Shown here one piece after another: positions 11,601 through 24,500 of a stretch of DNA of 61,899 bases. Within the stretch, counting starts at the first letter, position 1, and every line of letters begins with the position of its first letter. The DNA comes from Reclinomonas americana ATCC 50394. Its lineage: Eukaryota. Position numbers and translations under genes: made by a program. The notes beneath the pieces were generated by a model. The model ran no database searches. It saw only the letters and a program-made list of their open reading frames with translations, and was not told where the DNA came from. The stretch lies in assembly GCA_048213135.1 (NCBI GenBank), contig PS015047.1, forward strand, positions 36,165-98,063. The letters run 5' to 3'.

Positions 11601-14600
11601 TGCAAGGAGGAGAAGGGGATGAGATGGTGCGTCAAAACGCAGGTTATTCGAAGAGGGGTGTACCTGACGAGGTCCTGCTCCTCCAGCGAGGACGATGCGC
11701 TGGAGGAGGGAGATGGTGATCCGGAGTCGACCAGGAAGCCGGTGACGGTGGCGCGGAAGCCCCAGCGAAGGGCGTCGTTCTGGTGAGAATGGGTGAGAGG
11801 AGACGGAGGGGGGAAGGAGGAGAAGGGCAAAGGAGAGGACAAATAAATGAGGAGAAAGAGAGAGGGGGAAAGGGGAGGGCAAGAGGGCACGGAAGATGAA
11901 GAACAGTAAAGACAGCGGGAAAGAAAGTGAGAAGAGTGAGGATTGGGAAAGAGGGGAACAGAGAGAGATTCAAAGGCCGGGAATTCAATGGCCGGGAACC
12001 ATGCAGTAGCATACCTGAGGAAGACACGGCCGATCGCACGGACAGGAAGCCAGTGAACGAGAAAAGATAGAGGCGAGATGAAAGCGAGGAAAGAGAGAAG
12101 AGATGAAAGCTAGGAAAGAGAGAAGAGAGATGAGAGCGAGGAAGGAGAGAAGAGAGAGGAGAGCGAGGGAAGAGAGAAGAGAGATGCCAGCGAGAAAAGA
12201 CAGATGAGAGATGACAGCTCCCTTCACCCCCTCTCACCTCCTCCTGACTGAGCGCCTGGAAATCCATCATCACCGTATCCCCGGGAACGAGCAAGCAGGA
12301 TGGGAAACGACCCTGTTCCACATTGTCGCCACCCCACAGATACCTGTGGATTGGTCGCGAGCGATCCGAGTCGCCCTGCGTTCGGGAAGAAAAATGAACA
12401 CTGCGTTCGCGCGACAATAGATTGGACACCGGCTGCACACACACACACACAGACCTGGAACAGCGCCAGTGTGTCATTCATGTCTGCCGTGCACGACCGC
12501 TTGTCGAAGCGAATCTCCAGGAATCGCGCCCCCGGAACCTGAGCAATGTACGTCCTCGTGAATGTGGTGGGGTACGGATGCGGCGATTCCACCATCTGCG
12601 CAGAGAATGAGTGCGACATGCATGGCAAGACATGGCAGAGAAGATGCGCACAATGGAGACTTGCTGCGGCTGCAAGCCAATGGCGGCGGGATCGAGGCCA
12701 AACGACGTCAAAAACTGATGCAACGCCTGCTGCATCAGCGACAGGGTGCCGAGCCAGCGCGGCAATTCATCGGCGGTGCGCTCGGTCTTGCCGACTTGCA
12801 GACGCAAAAAGGTGCACACAAATGGCAGCAGCTGCGAGAAGAGCGTGGACTTGGCGAGGTACTCGGCCAGTCGCGGGTGCAGACCTGAATGCACAACTTT
12901 TTGAACACGCTTTGCGATTTTTGTCTTCAGAGCAATCACCGAAAGACATACCACGCTGATGTGGCCACAAGACAGAATTGGTGGTGCGCACGCGCTCCAA
13001 AATGTCGACACACAGGTTGAATACATCGTGCACAGCGCCCACAATCGACCGTCGCAGCAAGGCAGCAGTCGATGCAGGGACAGGTGACTGCGACGAAAAG
13101 GGTGAGACACTCTCCCTCCCATCAGCCACGCCCACCCTCGCCCAGTGACGCAACAGAAACCTCGCCAAACGCCCGTCGTAGCATCTCAACAAGCAGGCTG
13201 GCCAGCATGCGCTCTCCGTTCGCTGCTCCCTCGTCGACCAACGCCTGGCCCGTTTCCAGCACCGATAACTCCCGTCCGACTTGCGCCTGAATCAACCGGC
13301 GGAACTGACGGAAGGCGAATCGCGCACTGAGTTTCGTGCCATCCTCGGCCGTGTCCTCCCAAAACTCCGCCGTGCTCTCCCACATGTGCTCCATCGACTG
13401 CACCGTCAGGCGCATCAGCTCGAAGTACGACGCAGGGAACTCCTCGGCGCCCGCCTGCAGCAGGCGGAACAGGAACTGCAGGCGTGCTGGCGAGTCGTAC
13501 AGCACGGTGATGCCGGCCTGCGGAGTGGCGAAGAGAGAGTGGAAGTAAAGAAGCGATCAGATTTGCTAACTGTGCTCAAATGCTCACCTGGAACACATTG
13601 ACGGCGAGCGACACCGCCTGACGAAGAGCATTGCGAGCGACTTGAGGCAGCGACGGGCGATCCACTGTGGTGGCCAGGATGCCTTCAAGGTTGCCGCGCA
13701 GGACAACCAGCTCGCTTGGCTCGTAGAACTCTGCGGAGAACAGAAAAGCATGAGTTAGTCACGAAGTCATAAACGGTTGAGAAGAGGGAGGGAGGGAGGG
13801 AGGGAGGGAGAAATGGAGGGAGGGAGAAATGGAGGGAGGGAGAGGGAAGGACGGAGAGAGAGAGAGAGAAGGACGAAGAGAGAGAGAGATGGAGAGAGAG
13901 AGAGAGAAGAAATACGGAGAGAGAGATTGAAAGAGAGAAAAAGGTGAGAGACAGAGAGACAGACAGAAAGAAACAGAGAGAGAGAGAGAGATACGAGAGA
14001 AAAAGAGACAGGTGAGAGAGGCAGAGAGAGAGAGACACACACACAAGAGAGAGACCAGAGACATGGAAGGAGAAAACGGAGTGATTGAGAGAAAGGGAGA
14101 GAGAGAAGCACGCAAAGTTCTTCTCTTTCATCAAGAAAGAGAATACGTGCTCATTTTGCTCTTTTGCGTCATGTGCGACAATCTGTGTGTGTTAGCGACG
14201 CAACGTTCCACCGTCTCGCGATTGCGTGGATCGGCCTTGAGCTTGTACAGGTTGACCAGCGCAATGCGCAGCAGCTCGGCCGACAGGCGGAATCGTCGAA
14301 CACGGCGTGCCAGTGCCTCGGCTGTCAATTCAAGAAATGAGAAGAGGTCAACGAGGTTACGGAGAGCGCGTGGGAAGGCACTGTACCGACACCCGCCATG
14401 ATGCTGTCCAGCAAGTCGGCCCAGGCGACCACCAACTGCTCGCACAGCACCTTGAAGACGGAGCAGCTGAGTCGGTGCACGTAGGGAATGAACGAGTGGT
14501 ACACACGCGGCTGCTGGGCCGCCTCGGCGACGCCACACTCGAGCAGGAGGAGCTGCTCCAGGTAAAAGGCCACGCGTGGTGCCGGGACCAGCGAGGAGGC

Positions 14601-15180
14601 GGAGGAGGAGGCGTCGGTGTTTAGGAATGCGAGTTGCATGGCTGCGGTTGATCACAGCAAATGAGTGGAAGGATAAGGGAGAGGAAGGAGGAGGAGGAGG
14701 ATACGAAACTGCCAGCTGTGGCGGATGGGCACAGCTTGGGTGCGAGTTCCAGTCCGCGGGAGGAGTACTGGGTTAGAGATGCGACGCTCTTGGTGCCGCC
14801 ATCGTCGTGGGCGTGGTGGTAAGCCGAGACGCCGGTGCAGGTGGTGTGCACGAGACCAAGGGACTGGAAAGGGGAAGGGAAAAGGGGAAGGGATGAGGGA
14901 AGATAGGGGGAAGGGAGGAAGGGAGGAAGGGAGGAAGGGAGGGAAAAGGGGGAACGGGGAAAGGGAGCAAAGGAGCGAGGCAGAGGGAGCGAGGCGGAAG
15001 GAGCGAGTGATGCGGAGGGAGCGAGGCGGAGGGAGCGAGGCGGAGGGAGCGAGGCGGAGGGAGCGAGGCGGAGGGAGCGAGGCGGAGGGAGTGAGGCGGA
15101 GGGAGTGAGGCGGAGGGAGCGAGGCGGAGGGAGCGAGGCGGAGGAAGCGAGGCGGAGGGAGCGAGGCGGAGGGAGCGAGT

Positions 15181-15224
<44 letters not shown>

Positions 15225-18200
15225 GCCAGAGACAGAGGGATAGAGACGGAGGGCGCGATGGACGGAGGGCGCGGCACGAGAGGAGGAGAAAGGGAGGAGC
15301 GGGGCGGAAACAGAGAGACGGAGAGGAGAGAGACGAGAGAGAGCGAGGCGAGAGGAAACGAGGCGGAGAGAGCGAGATGGAAAGAGTGAAACGGAGAGAG
15401 CGAGGCGAGAGGAAGCGAGGCGAGAGGAGAGAGACGAGAGAGACGAGAGAGAGCGATGCGGAGAAGCCAGGCGGGGATAAGCACGGCGGGGGGAATGAGC
15501 CGCAGGTAGTGAGATGAAGGGAGCGATGTAGGGAGCCAGGCGGAGGGAGAAAGAGAGCGAAAGTGAGACTGCGCATGTTCAACGACAAACAAAACATCAC
15601 CTCACGACCCAGATGCACTGCAGACAGGCAGCAGCTCGCCGCTCGCGAATACACTGTGACTGGAAGTCCAACTGGGAAAGGGGAGGAGAGAGCATGCTGT
15701 TGGTCAACCTGCCGTTCAACTCACCGACACACTCTCCCGCCACGCACCTTGGTCGGGCAGCAAGTGCAGATGACGCCCGGTGAGGCTCTCCATCTCGCCA
15801 CCGCTGAAAATGTTGAAGAAACGAGTGTGGCACGATGACTGCGCAGCAGATCAATGCGTCAACCAAGAGCAGCAATGTCAAGCAGAAATGAGTGTGCATA
15901 CCGCAGTGGAGGATGCTTCGTCGGCCACCGAGGAGAGCGCCAACACGGTGCCGTCGCTGTACAAGTTGGCCGAGTCAAGGTCGCCCATGACTGGCTCGAT
16001 TGTGTTGCCTGTAGCCACTCGCCGGGTGAGGAAGAGAGTGAACTCCCGTGACAATCTCCCACTGGCGAACCTGCAACATACAAGGCTTCTGCCGCCGTGC
16101 CGGCGACACAGCGGAGATCGACATGGCACAGTTCGACGATCCGTGTCGATGGTCGCTCGCCAAAAATGAACGGACAAGGTGACTCGGTGAAGACCTCGCC
16201 GGTTTCTGCATGGCGGGTCGTCAATTAAAGTGCGCGGTGACGCAAGTGCGCTCACTTCCGCTCACCGAGCTGAATCACCACCGTCGTCGCCAGAGCCCAC
16301 ATGCAACGCACGCGCCGGTCGCCAATTTCATCGTGCTCCACTGGCACAACGCTGACGGCATTGTCGATGCGAACACGGAAAAGTCGGCCTGAGCCTGCGG
16401 AGGAGAAAAGGTGAGTGCAACAGTCGGATGAAGGGGCACGAAGGATACTGCACGCAACGAGACAGCGCAATAGCACCGGGGGTGGAGGCGCAGACACGCA
16501 CGAATTTCTCCTCGCTGGGCACAGGTACGTACGCAATGCCGACGCCGGCAGTGCGTGGACCGTCAGCCGCGTCGTGCACACTGTACGCCTCTCCGTTGAC
16601 GCCGGCGCAGTAGTGCACTATGCCGTCGACGGACAAGGCGAAGGCGCCGTCAATGGATATCATTTTGTTGCCGTTGGCGGTGATCGGGGCGCAGGTTACA
16701 GGGCCTCTGGTGGTGACCTCCAGGACCTCGCCGTCCTCTGCATCACAAGATGAGGAAGAGGGAAGCGGAGAAGGGAGAGAGGAAGGAGAGGGGGAAGGGG
16801 GAGAACGGGGAAGGGGGAGAGAGAGAGAAGGGAAAGAGAAGAGAAACAAGGGAGAGAAGAGAAACAAGGGAGAGAAGAGAGTGGGACAGAGAGGGAGAGA
16901 AACCAATCGGTACACTGAGGCAGACAGGCAGAGAGACAAAAGAAGGGATAAGAGAGAATAGAGAAAGGAAGCGAGAAAGAATGGGAGAGCGAGTGGCGCG
17001 ACGAAGCGCAGCTGAAGAGATAGAAAGAGAGAGAATGAAAATGAGGGTGCAAGACAGAGAAAGAGAGGAAAGGAGAAGTAAGGAGACGTGGATTGGGAGA
17101 GAGAGGATTGAAAGAGAGGCAGGTTTAAAGACAGAAAACAAATAGAGCGAAAGGAAATGAGAAAAGAGCGAGCAAGAAGATGACACAGAGGACTATCGGT
17201 TACAGACATGCAAACACAAAGAGAGATGCGTGAGGGAGAGAGGGAGAGAGAGAGCGCGCGAGACAGAGAGAGAGAGAGAACGAGTGAGAGAGAAGATGCA
17301 CAACAACTACAGACAGGCAGGCACGGACCCACAGACACAAAAGGAACAGAGTCCGTAAACAGACACAAAGATAGAGTGTGTGTGAGAGAGAGAGAGAGAG
17401 AGACAGGGCACAGGAGAAACGGAGACACAGAACACACGGAGAGTTAGAAAGAGAAAGAAACTATGACATCACAACAATCTCCTGCCCAGCCATCCCTCAG
17501 TCCAAACACACCTGTCAGCGCCAGGAACCTCCCAGCAGTGTCCCCCACACTCGCCACCTGCGTCACGCGGTACGGCTCGAGCCGCGGAACGGTCGTGCAC
17601 TCGGCAGAGTAGAAGACGCGCCCATCTACCGTGATGGCCACGGGCACGTTGCCGTCGAGAATGGCGCAGCTGGCCATGACGAGACCACTGAAGACGCTGG
17701 CGGCTCCCACCGGACTGCTCACGTGTCGGTACGTGAGATGGCAATGGCCGCTCTCTGTGCCAACGGTAAGCGACACGCCTGCATCATTCCACCCACCCTT
17801 CGCCAAAAAAAACGCACCCGTAATCCACATAATGTGCTCGGTCGACACGGCGCAGCTCTGCACGCGTCCCGGATACGCCACGGCCTGGTGGCCACGCTTC
17901 CACGAAATGCGTGACACGCAAAAGAGGGAGCCAAAGACAAACATGTTGCTGGCCGGCTCAGTCGTGGTGGCGGTCGCCGCCGCCGCCGCCGCCGGACCGA
18001 GACGAGGGAACAGTTGTTGGGTGGACACGATTTCGGCCGGGACGCCGCGCGCTGCCGGCACCGCGAGGGTGTGCAGGAAGAAGCGGCGGCGGGGAGGTGC
18101 GGGGGCGAAGGTGGAGGAGGAGGGGGTGGTGGGGAAGTCGTCGAGGAGGGTGGGGGATTCTTCGAGTCCTGCGTCGGCGGCGATCGCGATGCCTACGTCG

Positions 18201-20438
18201 GCGTCGTCGTCGTTTCCTGTGGAGAGGAAGGGGGGACAAGGGAGAAGGAAAGGGAAGGAGAGTGAGAAGAGAGGGCGAATAAAGGACAATTGATATCTCG
18301 CTCCCCCACCAAACACACCGAAAAAGTCGAACCCAAGCATGTCCTGCACCATGTCGTCCTCGAAATACCTGCTCGAGTACGCCAGTCGGCTCTCCTCGTT
18401 CACCGGCACCCCATCGTGCGCGTCGATCCGCACCTCCAGCGCAAAACTCAGAGCGCTGACGCCACCGCTGTTGACGACGCGGTACGAGGTGTGCTGCGGC
18501 AGCGGCGATGCCAGTAGTGCAGACGATGTCGGCTGCAAGGTGAGAGGATCCACCTCCATCCAGCGATTCTCCCCGTCGGCGGCCGTCACAAAGAGGCGGC
18601 CGTTGGAGGCCAGCAATTCGGAGGCACTGCGCGGTAAGGAAGAAGGGGGAAATGGGCAAAGAGAAAAGAGAAGAAGTCTGTGTCAAACACGCAACTGTCC
18701 GGCGGCAAGGGTCGCCGACGTCTGCATCGTGCCACTGGTCGCATCCGTCACCGCACTCAGGACGCACACGAAATCACCGTCCTTGACGAAGAGGCGGTCA
18801 CCGAGGCAGGCCACGGAGAGGCGCGAGTCGGGGTGCCAGGCGTGCGGGACGGCAGCGGCGCGTTTGTCGACGGCCACCACCTCGGCGACAATGTGCGTTC
18901 GTGATGGTACACACAGGTGCCAGCTCGGGAGGGTGACGTTGCGGGCGATGCGATGCAGCAGGGCGGCTGGAACTGTGATTTGCACGTCGTCCTTGTAGGT
19001 CTCCAGCGCCACGAGTGTCTTCAGTAGTATGTGGACGTGACGGCGTGAGAAGGCGGAGTACACCTGCAGGGAGCGGAAGAGAAGTGAGGGGGAGAATGAG
19101 GGGAGGGTTGGGTGAGTGAGCGCACCATGGTCGACAGGAGGAGCGGGAGGTCGAGGTCGGCGGGTGGGCGGGCGGCGAGGGAGAAGAGGGCGGTGTCGAT
19201 GGCCACGAGGAGGTCCTGCGAGGAGGCAGAGTGAGTGGACAAGAGGGGAGGGAGAGGAAGGGAGGGGAAGGGAGGGGAGGGGAGATAGAGGAGCGGGTGG
19301 AGACTGAGTGGGGGCGACGGAAGTGGAGGGAGACGGAAGTGGGGGGAGACGGAAGTGGAGGGAGACGGAAGTGGGGGGAGACGGAAGTGGGGGGAGACGG
19401 AAGTGGGGGGAGACGGAAGTGGGGGGAGACGGAAGTGGGGGGAGACGGAAATGGGGGGAGACGGAAATGGAGACTGCACGAACCTCCGGAAACAACTGCA
19501 GCTCATGCGGGAGCGACGACTCCGATCGATCCTGCACCGACACGAACAGCGTGCGGATCGTGGCCAGTGCCTTGTTGATCACCGAGATGGGCGTGTCGGA
19601 GTGATTCAGGGCGAGGAGGTACATGGAGAGGCCGGAGCGTGCTACGGCGGGCAGTTCGACGACGGTTTGTAGGGCGTCGCGGGAGAGGGAGGTGGTTTCC
19701 TGGTGGAAGGGGGGGAGGGAGAGAGAGGGCGAAAGGGGAGAAGAGTGAGGGAGATGAGGGAGAAACGTGAGGCAAGGATGCATGCGAGCAGAGAGACGAA
19801 GCAGCTGTGCGGCGGGTGGGTAAGTGATTTGGAGTGAGGGAATGAATGAGAGAGTGAGACAAAAAAGAGGGGAAGGAAGAGAAGGATGAGAGAGAAGCGA
19901 GGGTGAGACTGAGGTAGTGTTGCTGACATGCTGCGCAGGGAACAGCATCAGTGGACATGAATAGTGAAAGAGTTCGGTGCGGAGAAAGAGAGTGAGCGAG
20001 AGAAGCACAGAGAGCGAGTGCATTCAGGAAGAGGAGAAAGTGAGTGAGGTGGGATGAACAGATTGCAGTGAGTGAGAGAAGTGGCGCGGAGTGAGTGCGG
20101 GAGCTGCGGATGAGCAGAGTGAACAAGTGAAACAGAAGAGTGAGATGAAGCGAGTGGTGAGTGGGCAGGTGAATGAGAGATAGACCTGGAGTGTGGGAGC
20201 GAGAAAGAGAAAGGGTACGCGAGTGAGTGAGAGAGAGAGAGGGAGTGAGTGAGAGAGAGAGAGAGGAGGGAGGGAGGGAGGAGAGGAGGAGGAGGAGGAG
20301 GAGGAGGAGGGAGGAGGAGGNNNNNNNNNNNNNNNNNNNNAAACACACCTCTCTCTCTCTCTGTGGGTGACTGTGAGAGCCCGACTTCGATGAGCGTGAA
20401 TTACGCAGGTTGTCTTTGCCCTCTCTCTCCTCCCTCAC

Positions 20439-20469
<31 letters not shown>

Positions 20470-20606
20470 GTGCGTGAGTGCGTGAGTGTGTGTGTGTGCG
20501 TTTCTCAACATTCCGTGTCACGGTTGCTGAAGACCGCCCTGCGCGCGAGACTCTCGTATTCTTTGATCACGCTGTCGAGGTCCCAACCCTCGAGAAGCGT
20601 GGTCAT
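1694..20606 (-). CDS. MYCBP2: Giant MYCBP2/Highwire/RPM-1 (PHR)-like RING-Cys-relay E3 ubiquitin ligase, many exons; the last codons fall in the 729-1656 gap
   Basis: Spliced C-terminus: CRFCES..CTEPACESRCQKSCRALLPCGHVCHG..HLPCLYGC (~4150-3870); RING DDSDYCPICYSEPLSCAPCIRLECGHIFHSECVESMLTARWSGSRISFSFSQCPLCK (exons 3791-3665 and 3600-3488); DKCLARLRLDALESCPEITTEGSQFFGDPLGYGLHRYNFYLCHRCQ (3420-3283); RPYFGGERICGAENPANFDPSELVCGGC..CPKHDTAF (2781-2651); micro-exons giving [27 protein letters not shown] (1868-1814); CPGPSECPLRMVHPPNGE (1747-1694). These match the MYCBP2 RING and tandem-cysteine region. Upstream, in MYCBP2 order: RCC1-like segments (~15700-17900), ESPHPY..LEIRFD..LLVPGD..WGFRATVTG (~12600-11720) and a DOC-like RVRQIRL segment (~7990-7790). 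The start ATG at 20606 (MTTLLEGWDLDSVIKEYESLARR) is inferred. Confidence 0.85.
1869..2650 (-). other. Chain of eight micro-exons (2586-2583, 2496-2491, 2423-2419, 2333-2316, 2206-2188, 2120-2118, 2027-2025, 1937-1936) separated by nine 64-109 nt introns
   Basis: Each piece is flanked by CAG| and |GT: GGAG, TTCAAG, TGTCG, TTTCTGCTGCAGTATTGC, CGTGTGGTTCTGCTTTGGG, ACG, ACA, CA. Joined in order they read in frame as the conserved MYCBP2 catalytic motif. Confidence 0.88.
8225..8900. repeat. Intronic low-complexity tract of (GAA/GAG)n, (CAA)n and (CAT)n microsatellites
   Basis: Visible simple repeats such as caacaacaacaa and gaagaagga inside an intron of the E3 ligase gene. Confidence 0.85.
14970..15180. 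repeat. Intronic 14-bp minisatellite (GAGCGAGGCGGAGG)n
   Basis: More than 10 near-identical tandem units visible in the sequence. Confidence 0.85.
19316..19475. repeat. Intronic 16-bp G-rich minisatellite (GACGGAAGTGGGGGGA)n, about 10 copies
   Basis: Tandem units with minor variants (GACGGAAGTGGAGGGA, GACGGAAATGGGGGGA). Confidence 0.9.
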
Positions 20607-20883
20607 GTTGAGTCTCTTTCTTGCAATTGCCACGCGGCTTGTTGCGGAAAAGGCACCTCGGGACATGTGGAAGTCAATGCGTTGTGTGTGAGAGTGACGA
20701 CTCTGGAGCGTTGGTGTGAATCGGCTTGTTCAGTGATGGTGGGAAAGATGTGTGCTATTTTTTCACTTTCCTTGAGTCGCTCCTGATTGCAGAGATGTGT
20801 GAAGTGCGCGACTGCGGGACACGTGTTCGGTCGGTGTGTTCCAAAACTCGTCACGTGTGTTGTGGAGCGCTGCGTGTGTGCAC
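20607..20883. promoter_or_regulatory. Putative bidirectional promoter between the E3 ligase (-) and lipase-TPR (+) start codons
   Basis: 277 bp between the inferred divergent ATGs at 20606 and 20884. The region is duplicated at 29484-30845. Confidence 0.5.
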
Positions 20884-21004
20884 ATGTTGCAGCGTCTGCT
20901 TTCTTGGGGCGGCAGAGTGCTGCTTGGTGTGGGTGGGCTGGTGAGGAGTTCTTGTGGTGATTTACTGCGCCATGGCTTGTTGTCTGATTTTGTTTGTGTG
21001 TGTG

Positions 21005-21056
<52 letters not shown>

Positions 21057-21555
21057 AGGCTGGCGCTGGTCTTGGGCATCGCGCTGACGCTGGCATTGAT
21101 CGTGAAAAGCCGCAAGGCCAGGTCGCACCACCTGCGAGAGTTCCACTCAATGCGCCAGCATTTATCTCTCGTGTGCCACCGATGCGGCCTGTTAGTAATC
21201 CGGCGAATGTTGCCGCGTCCGCGAAAGAGGCCATAGACCAACGCATCAACAGCATCCGCGAGAGCTTGATTACAGCTCTCACTGAGATGAAGAGCTACCG
21301 GGGTCAGTTGGCTGCTCTGGCCTATGCCGTAGATGAGTCCGAGAAACAGCCGGGCGGTATTGGTGTGGCGACACCGGAGGCACGCATTGCTGCTGCTCAA
21401 AAGATGCTCCGCTTGCTTGCCGAGGAGTGCTCATCAATCAGTGTCAAGAACCGCCTGCGCAGTCTGGAGGTGGTGGACGCGCAGGAGACCTATGTCATTG
21501 TGGTTGCGTGTCGCTCGTTCAAGTCGAATGTCACGTGTGCTGCTTCCTGTTCACC

Positions 21556-21587
<32 letters not shown>

Positions 21588-24500
21588 GTTGCTGTTGCTG
21601 CCATCTGCTACGCACGCGGTGTCATTATCTTGTGCCTGTGACGCATGCAGGTGGATCGTGAGCACCGTGAGATCAATTTGTGCATCGCGGGAACGCGATC
21701 CGATGTGGTGATGGTACCAACACCCTCGGCTCCAAAATTTACAGACTCGTGGACCGACGGAGAATGGATGGATCTGAACCATGAGCGTCGGGAGATGTTG
21801 GCTCCGAAGTCGACTGACTTGTGGACCGATGCGATGCTGGCCCTCGGATACGCGTACACCGCCGCTGTACCGTGGCAGTTTGAGGCCGCCAAGGAGGCGC
21901 TGAAGTATGCGCTTTGCGAGGTTGCACCGGCGTACCAAGCCAGTCACGGGCCAGACGCAGGATTCAACCCGTATCGCGTCAGTATTCACGGACACAGTCT
22001 CGGCTCAGCCATTGTGCGTTTTAGTTGTCTCTATTTCTTGTCGGGTCACGCTCATCTCAATCGTGTTCAGTGTGCCTGGTTGAAGCACGGCGATTTTGCA
22101 AAAAATGCCAAGCTTCCAGTGAATGCCTACTTATTTGCCACCATTCCAGTGCCAACGGGATGGGTGGACAATGCCGCTGACAAGGTCTGTTCCTCGTTGT
22201 CGGCTTCCAAGAATGCAAATGAGAAACTCAACAACGCCCAGAATCAGAAATTGAAAGCTGCTCAGCCGTCGAGTGCTGCCGGCATGACGGTGTTCCACAG
22301 CGGAGGTGCTGTTCATGCATACTCGAATTCAGGCGATATTGTGGTCCGAGGGGCGCAGTTGGTCGGTTCGCTTCACCGTGGCTTTCAGTTGCCCGACACC
22401 ATTGAACACGACTCTCCACCAAGCCAGCATGCTATCGTCCATTTCTACGATACTGCACGAGCGGGTACTTCGAATTGATTTAACTTCGCCGTCTGCATAC
22501 GCTCAATTCTAACTATCTGAGTGTGTTCAGCTCTTGGTGAGAATGATGCGTTGTTCATTAAGGACATAATTCGCATACTGCGTGGTACGCTGCAGCCAAG
22601 TGACGGTGAGTGTGTCGTCGCACGTGCGCGACCTGATGGTGTATTTCTTACACTGCTCGAGTCTGCAGATCAAGCTGTCTCTGTTCACAATGTGGAGAAG
22701 GCTCTCTCTGAAGTGTTTGAAAAAATCAACGCACGGCATGTGGATGTGCAACAAAGTGCGCGCTTGCAAGCAGCACTCAATGACTGCTTTCAGGGATTGT
22801 GGAATGGTAAGTGTGTGGTCGTAACACGCTGTTGCAGAACTGAAACTTATTTTTCCAACCATAGAGTTGCGAAAGCTCGTGACAGGAGAAGAAGAGCGGG
22901 GGTCCCTGGATGCGCTGGAATTCCTTGGACCGTTGGTTGACTTGGTGGTGGAAGGTACAATTACGCTCTCTGTGATGTGTGCAAGCTATTTCATTCGATC
23001 GATCAGATTCTTGGTTCTTTGTTCTAGGTAATGACGTTTCGCCGAATCAAACATTCCCTGTCGCGACACGGGCGATTATGCAACACTTAGAAGCAGTTGA
23101 AAGTGCGTTTAAGTTTGTTGCAGCACTTACATTGACTCCTTTTGTGCTGAAGTCATCAGCAGGAGGTAGTATTCCTCGATCTGTGCTACTTGTGTGCATT
23201 GGAGTTCAACAATTTTGTGGTGATCGGATGCCTGTTGCGTATATCACTCTCTCGTAGGTCGGCCATGCATTTTCTCACTGTTCATGTACATGCCACCATA
23301 TACATCTACATCTACAGAGGAGCACAGCAGCAGCTGAAAAGGCATTTGGCATTCTGCAATTAATGGTCAACTGGGAGCAGATGCCAACCGCAGGTGCACA
23401 CTGCTGTGGTGGTGATCACGACGGTGGGCCGTGCGCATCATCATTAGTACCTGAAGTCTGTCAATCTGCGACTGAAATGTCTTAACGTGCTGTAGGGACT
23501 GCTGGCGGCAAATTGTTGATCGCAAGGGAGAAAACTGCGAAATTGCTACGCTATCTAGGAAATTATGCCAATGCGGAAGTGATGCAGCGACACGTGTTGG
23601 CCGAGAATGAGCAACAACTTGGGGTCGACCATCCAGATACCATCACAAGTCGCAGCGGATTGGCCTCTACACTCCAATCGGCTGGCAACTTTTCCCAAGC
23701 CGAGGACATTGGACGACGAGTGGTGATCGACCGCGAGCGGGTTCTTGGAGTCGATCATCCTCATACTATTGGCAGTCGCCACAGCTTGGCGGTGACACTC
23801 CAGTCGCTTGGCAAGTACGAGGAGGCGGAGAAGATTGGACGGCGTGTGGTGGCCGATTATGAGCGGATTCTCGGAGTCGACCATCCAGACACCATTGCCA
23901 GTCGCAATGACCTGGCTTCGTCGCTCCAGTCACTTGGCAAGCATGCCGAGGCTGAGGCAATCGGACGATGTGCTGTGGCCGACTGTGAGCGGATTCTTGG
24001 AGTAGACCATCCAGACACAGTTGCCGTGCGCGATGATTTTGCTTCGGTGCTTCTTTCAGTTGGCAAGTACGCCGAGGCTGAGGAGCTTCAGCGGCGTGTG
24101 GTGGCCGATCGTGAGGTAATTCTTGGAGTTGACCATCCAGATACCATCGCCAGTTTTCGTGTCCTGGCGTCGACACTCCAGTCACTTGGCAAGTATGTTG
24201 AGGCTGAGGACATAGGACGACGTGCTGTGTACAACTGCGAGCGAATTCTGGGAGTCAACCATCCACACACCATCAACGGCCGCCTCGCATTGGCATTGAT
24301 ATTCCAGTCGCTCGGCAAATATGTCGAAGCCGAGGAGTGTGGACGGCGTGTAGTGACCGACTGTGAGCGATGCCTTGGTGTCGACCATCCGCGCACGATC
24401 AATTGTCGCCAACACTTGGCGTCAACACTTCGATCGCGTGGCAAGTATGCCGAAGCCGAGCTGATTGAGCGGCGTGTCATGGCCGACTGTGAGAGGATTC

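Noticed and set aside
8220-20438. Long Leu/Ser/Pro- or Arg/Glu/Gly-rich ORFs in the six-frame track (for example 8220-8903, 14621-15592, 16328-17437)
   Set aside because: They are largely read-through of intronic microsatellites that lack stop codons.
20521-20620. Possible hammerhead ribozyme (CTGAAGA ... GAGAC ... GTC)
   Set aside because: The core has GAGA instead of the required GAAA, stem I cannot form after the GTC, and copy 2 has TTGAAGA. The region is better explained as the first coding exon of the E3 gene on the minus strand.
22531-23500. NB-ARC/NACHT domain between the lipase and the TPRs
   Set aside because: No convincing GxxxxGK[ST] Walker A or Walker B motif was found in the exon frames examined. 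A cryptic domain cannot be excluded without a profile search.
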